Origin: an uncultured Hyphomicrobiales bacterium
Lineage (GTDB): Bacteria; Bacteroidota; Ignavibacteria; Kapaibacteriales; UBA2268
NCBI GenBank assembly: GCA_964472015.1
Contig: CAYYIP010000007.1
Coordinates: 7,219-71,218, forward strand
Direction of reading: 5' to 3'
DNA length: 64,000 nt
Part shown: positions 61,001 to 64,000 of the stretch, piece after piece
Layout of the letters: each line of letters starts with the position of its first letter
How positions within the stretch are numbered: the stretch's first letter is position 1
The notes under the pieces: model-generated
Database searches by the model: none
What the model saw: only the letters and a program-made list of their open reading frames with translations
Told to the model about the DNA's origin: nothing
Position numbers and translations under genes: made by a program

Positions 61001-63999
61001 TAACTTATAGTACAGGTATACTAATAAGAAATAAACCATATAAAAATAATTTAATAGGTATAGCTGATTATAAAGTTGATACAGTTGCTACTTCTAATAT
61101 AACAATAGATGGAAATATAATAGAAGGATTTGGTTATGGTATAGTATCTATTGGTATGGGACCTATATATCAATTAAACAGTGGGAATGTTGAAATTATA
61201 TATAACCGTAATAATAAGTTTACTAATAACTATATTACAAAAATTGCAAAAGCAGGTATATTCTTAGGTTTTGAAGATGGAGCTGTTATTAGTGGTAACC
61301 GTATAGATTCAATAGGTGGATTAAAAAAACTAAATGAAGAAATATATGGTATTAAACTTGGTGGTAATTATCGTTATGATAATTGCTTCGGATATCATAA
61401 TATTAATGTAACAGTTAGCGAAAATGAAATAAGTAATATACAATCTAATTTATTTTCTTATGGTATAAAAATTGAACAACATAAATTAAATATAGGTTAT
61501 AATAGTATAGGTTATTCATTCCCATCAGAAGATAATGATGTATTTAAAGTATATAATAATGTAATTAATAAATTAACAACAACAAAAAATGCTTCTAACT
61601 GTAAAGTTGGTATTGCTGTAAGTACAACAAGAAAAGTAGTAGATGATATAGAACTTGATTATGAAGGTCCTATTTATAATAATGGTAATTTAGAAGTATA
61701 TGCTTTATATCCTTTTGAAGAAAGTTTTAAGGTAACTAATTCTTTAATAAATAATAATACAATTAGTATATCAGAAGGAGAATACGATTTAAATAATAAT
61801 GGTAGAATGATTGGTATCTTAGTTCAAGATGTTGATTACTTTGAAATATTAAATAATGCTATTAGTATTGAAGGTGTTGCTAATTCTTTGAGAGAAAATT
61901 CTGCTGTTGCATTACAAGGATTAAATCCAAAGAAATTACGTTCAAGATTAAATCATAATGCTTATTACGTAACTCCTCTGGGATTAGATTTTAATTCAAG
62001 TTATGTTAGATTATATGAAATGGATGAAGTAGGTCGTTTCTTAGAAGATGGTGGTTATCCTAATGAATATATGAAATTAACACAATGGATAGGTTGGACA
62101 GGTGAAGATGTTAATTCAATATCTGGTTTTGATTTTAAACGCGATATGCAAGAACAAGATGTTTTATTAAATGGAATAAAACTTTATAATGTATGGCGTA
62201 TGAAAGAAAAGAAACATATTACAAGAAATTCTCAACTAAATAACAGAGCTGAATTAATTACTTATATACAAAAAGACTTAACAGGTGCTTCAAGAATTAA
62301 TTTAGATCAAAATCCTGATATAGGAGCTTTTGAATTTGATAGCGAAGTATATTTAACTGATATGGAAGTTAAAATGATTACTGCACCTGCTGCTTATTGT
62401 GATTATAGAGGACGTTTTGCAGATGCTGAATATGTAATGGTAGGTGGTTCTGCAGTAGATGTAAAAGCACTTATAAGAAATAATGGTTATGTTGTTGTTC
62501 CTAATCATCCTATAAGATGTGAAATTTATAAAAATCCTAATTATACAGTTCCGGTTAAGGATACAACAGTTAGGATAACGCTTGCACCAGGTGAAGAACG
62601 TGAAGTTGTATTTTTCTCGTCAATGGAAGAAAGTAACTTAAGATTTGAGCCCGAACCTTTCAATGGTGAAATGCCTGATAAAGAATGGTTTATGACAATG
62701 CGTACAAATGTAACGCCTTTATATTACATAAAAGTTACTGCTGATCCTAATCACGTAACTGATGAATATCGTCCAAACGATGCTATGAGTAAATATGTAA
62801 GATTTTATGTGCCTTCTAATTCAATAGATAAATTGTATTTGATTATTTCGGCTGAAAATACAACAGCTGATTTATCAGAAAATAATTTACCTAATTTAAA
62901 TGCAGATATTATTGCTGGTAAATTAAATTATGATACACTTTTAGCTGCTTTCAATAATTTGAAATATTTTGTTGCAACTACTGAACAGAAAGCAAGACAT
63001 ATTGATATTATGGATAGAAATGGATGGGAACAACGTTCTATTGATTATACAGTACAACGTTATAATAAAGGAAAAGGATTATATGAACCTGTATATAATA
63101 ATTTATTCTGGGCAGATGGTGATGATAAAGAATTAACTTATTGGGAAAAACAATCTTTAATAGATTTTGAAAATGCAGGTGTTTATAACTATAAGAAAAA
63201 TATAGTAATAGCTTCACAAGAAATTTCTAGAGAAAATTTAGCAGGTGTAAATGCATTTAATACAGAATTGAATTTTGATATTTTACGTTCAAAATCTAAG
63301 GGTGATGGTTTCCTTGGTGATGAATTTGTATTAGCTGATCCTCCTGCTTACAAAATCAAGGGATTTTATCAAGCTCATAATATTGTATTAGATATAAAAC
63401 CTACAAAATATGTTCCTGATAATGGACCAGAGCCAGGTATATTTGCTAAGATAGATACTATATTAGGACAAAATTATGTTGGATATTATTATTACAATCC
63501 TAATGATATAGATGCAGATAAAGATATTGAAAATAAAATGAGTTTAATTTCTAATAAAAAATTAAATAATAATAATATCTATGGTGCATTTGATTGGAGA
63601 CATTTAGGAAATGCAACTGCTTTTGTTGCTGGGGTGCTAGATGATATTGGTGATGATTTAGTTGTGCCAGTTGAATTAGTAAGCTTTAATGCTAATAATA
63701 TAGGTAGAAAAGTTATGTTGGATTGGCGTACTGCTTCTGAAATTAATACTAATTGTTTTGAAATAGAAAGAGCTAATGTATTAAATAATGGTGCAGGATA
63801 TGGTATATTCAATAATATAACAACAATTAAAGCAGCTGGCAATAGCAATACTACATTAGATTATAACTATACTGATAGAAATGTTATATACGGTGAAAGT
63901 TATGCTTATAGATTGAAAGTAACTGATATTGATGGTACTTATTCTTATTCAGGAATAAGAGAAGTTACTATTGAAAATGCAAACGGTCTAAGGATAAAC
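58090..63999 (+). CDS. Giant secreted protein (over 1970 aa, 3'-partial) with beta-helix-like and Ig-like repeat regions. It probably ends in a T9SS C-terminal sorting domain, but that would lie beyond the window and was not seen.
   Basis: ATG at 58090. Signal peptide MNTQLKTPKFFKLLYFVCLVIFGFLGKPLLAQ. I translated frame 1 by eye and found no stop through to the window end. The supplied ORF track lists no + strand ORF after 56912, consistent with an ORF lacking an in-window stop. NxxxGxxxxG-type parallel beta-helix-like segments (ITIDGNIIEGFGYGIVSIG, AVISGNRIDSIGG). Confidence 0.7.
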   Translation, partial: MNTQLKTPKFFKLLYFVCLVIFGFLGKPLLAQNDNGIMDPNYQITVSNETYTELTSYTQLYGTADDGYSRIYVPFAFKWDTTVYPANFLLAVSPNGWVGFPGYYFYDSYESGSISSNNPLTYSSTPTTGFVKTIHFLTGDNYVRTSLRYATLGSAPNRRFVVQWQGFSPISYSSNLSNFQLILYENGGADAGKMRMHWGTCNPYTQNNSNVCCLIGGRMERYINIQPQASGLTFYKGNSTNTYVTNATIGYLFSNGKCIDYELDLLPTLVAVYPTNGSTFIGNTVMDPSQRPGVTVKRSNASIPKPIMKYEIFNADGDIVYTTNNIAIDVVGTQRYNITSATGSRANSDGTFNLTGAPGGWYTVRVTFDNTETVETRTSSFFVDNKCATYIRSYPAPGTLLTSGVAVPVEERPSVVITKEWPVPIAPNPLVKYKILNDRGEAVYTALSNSGLSEFEVNVFGVNQRYYFSNAVGPFAGISGNLDLTNAPPGTYTIVVEFDDKVNPKVEIPTTQFYIIRTYDLILKDIIVPRGWLSTDTISADKYRYSYGAQFPVEFEVYNGGGVQIDSFKVDVDIYNSSNTLVTEFTNAFSLRNNPLLKTESRIYTTATQINSSTLGVGLYKIVCTVTPLVPSQDEDLANNVFPRANSTRYFEIAQPIDVAINKTMAVPGSNTYRYPFYPTIEITNLGTEDLSGSMANIEIKHNGKVVYTGVVMLQNITFNTPSKIKFPEIFMPEEIGKYEVTLTLDLHGLPKVETFVFVVGDGLKGTYTIGAAGTYKTFNEAVEMLYLRGVGGNVVFELLDEEYVLGHNSALPEFRSKIVGVGPNATITFRPSQLRMLSFTPIRMVLESTDGYGIRFGQALETGDYKVPAVNIITDLDLRREFATSEGYITFDGGPRKNIKFVMYQPDNIKFSAPIYMGEGSKNITITNCRITGNNYNSSELPTVQYTNEALGFEFDNDIFVNKFDFYDTLTYSTGILIRNKPYKNNLIGIADYKVDTVATSNITIDGNIIEGFGYGIVSIGMGPIYQLNSGNVEIIYNRNNKFTNNYITKIAKAGIFLGFEDGAVISGNRIDSIGGLKKLNEEIYGIKLGGNYRYDNCFGYHNINVTVSENEISNIQSNLFSYGIKIEQHKLNIGYNSIGYSFPSEDNDVFKVYNNVINKLTTTKNASNCKVGIAVSTTRKVVDDIELDYEGPIYNNGNLEVYALYPFEESFKVTNSLINNNTISISEGEYDLNNNGRMIGILVQDVDYFEILNNAISIEGVANSLRENSAVALQGLNPKKLRSRLNHNAYYVTPLGLDFNSSYVRLYEMDEVGRFLEDGGYPNEYMKLTQWIGWTGEDVNSISGFDFKRDMQEQDVLLNGIKLYNVWRMKEKKHITRNSQLNNRAELITYIQKDLTGASRINLDQNPDIGAFEFDSEVYLTDMEVKMITAPAAYCDYRGRFADAEYVMVGGSAVDVKALIRNNGYVVVPNHPIRCEIYKNPNYTVPVKDTTVRITLAPGEEREVVFFSSMEESNLRFEPEPFNGEMPDKEWFMTMRTNVTPLYYIKVTADPNHVTDEYRPNDAMSKYVRFYVPSNSIDKLYLIISAENTTADLSENNLPNLNADIIAGKLNYDTLLAAFNNLKYFVATTEQKARHIDIMDRNGWEQRSIDYTVQRYNKGKGLYEPVYNNLFWADGDDKELTYWEKQSLIDFENAGVYNYKKNIVIASQEISRENLAGVNAFNTELNFDILRSKSKGDGFLGDEFVLADPPAYKIKGFYQAHNIVLDIKPTKYVPDNGPEPGIFAKIDTILGQNYVGYYYYNPNDIDADKDIENKMSLISNKKLNNNNIYGAFDWRHLGNATAFVAGVLDDIGDDLVVPVELVSFNANNIGRKVMLDWRTASEINTNCFEIERANVLNNGAGYGIFNNITTIKAAGNSNTTLDYNYTDRNVIYGESYAYRLKVTDIDGTYSYSGIREVTIENANGLRIN

Positions 64000-64000
64000 G

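Overview
This is a very AT-rich chromosomal segment (about 25-30% G+C by eye). It comes from a bacterium with a type IX secretion system (T9SS): four complete large proteins, plus a fifth that runs off the window end, end in classic T9SS C-terminal sorting domains, so the source is probably Bacteroidota or a relative. Most of the window is ordinary housekeeping DNA: pth, rpsT, murI, rplY, prs, class I fumarate hydratase, ferredoxin, ftsY, a SEDS protein, a MiaB-like methylthiotransferase, gltX, mraY, an M24 peptidase, L-serine dehydratase, a heptose-7-phosphate kinase, four tRNAs and several giant secreted proteins. Two accessory regions stand out. The first, at 1-2300, holds the 3' end of a truncated MmeI-family type IIL/IIG restriction-modification gene followed by a KilA-N gene bracketed by two 74-bp REP-like direct repeats. 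The second, at 38890-49110, is a visibly G+C-richer type I restriction-modification island. Its hsdM, hsdS and hsdR genes are interrupted by four insertions. These are a Schlafen-like COG2865 ATP-binding regulator carrying a perfect 21-bp in-frame tandem repeat, and a tightly coupled two-gene cassette (a 4-5 TM membrane protein plus a 269-aa soluble protein) with no recognisable domains. The cassette is the best candidate here for an undescribed defence module. The fourth insertion is an IS200-like REP-associated tyrosine transposase (RAYT) whose reading frame has been invaded in-frame by a four-unit array of palindromic REP elements. Separately, the rpsT + tRNA-Arg unit has been tandemly duplicated; the second rpsT copy has decayed into a pseudogene and its tRNA has switched anticodon from ACG to UCG. 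No CRISPR array is present.
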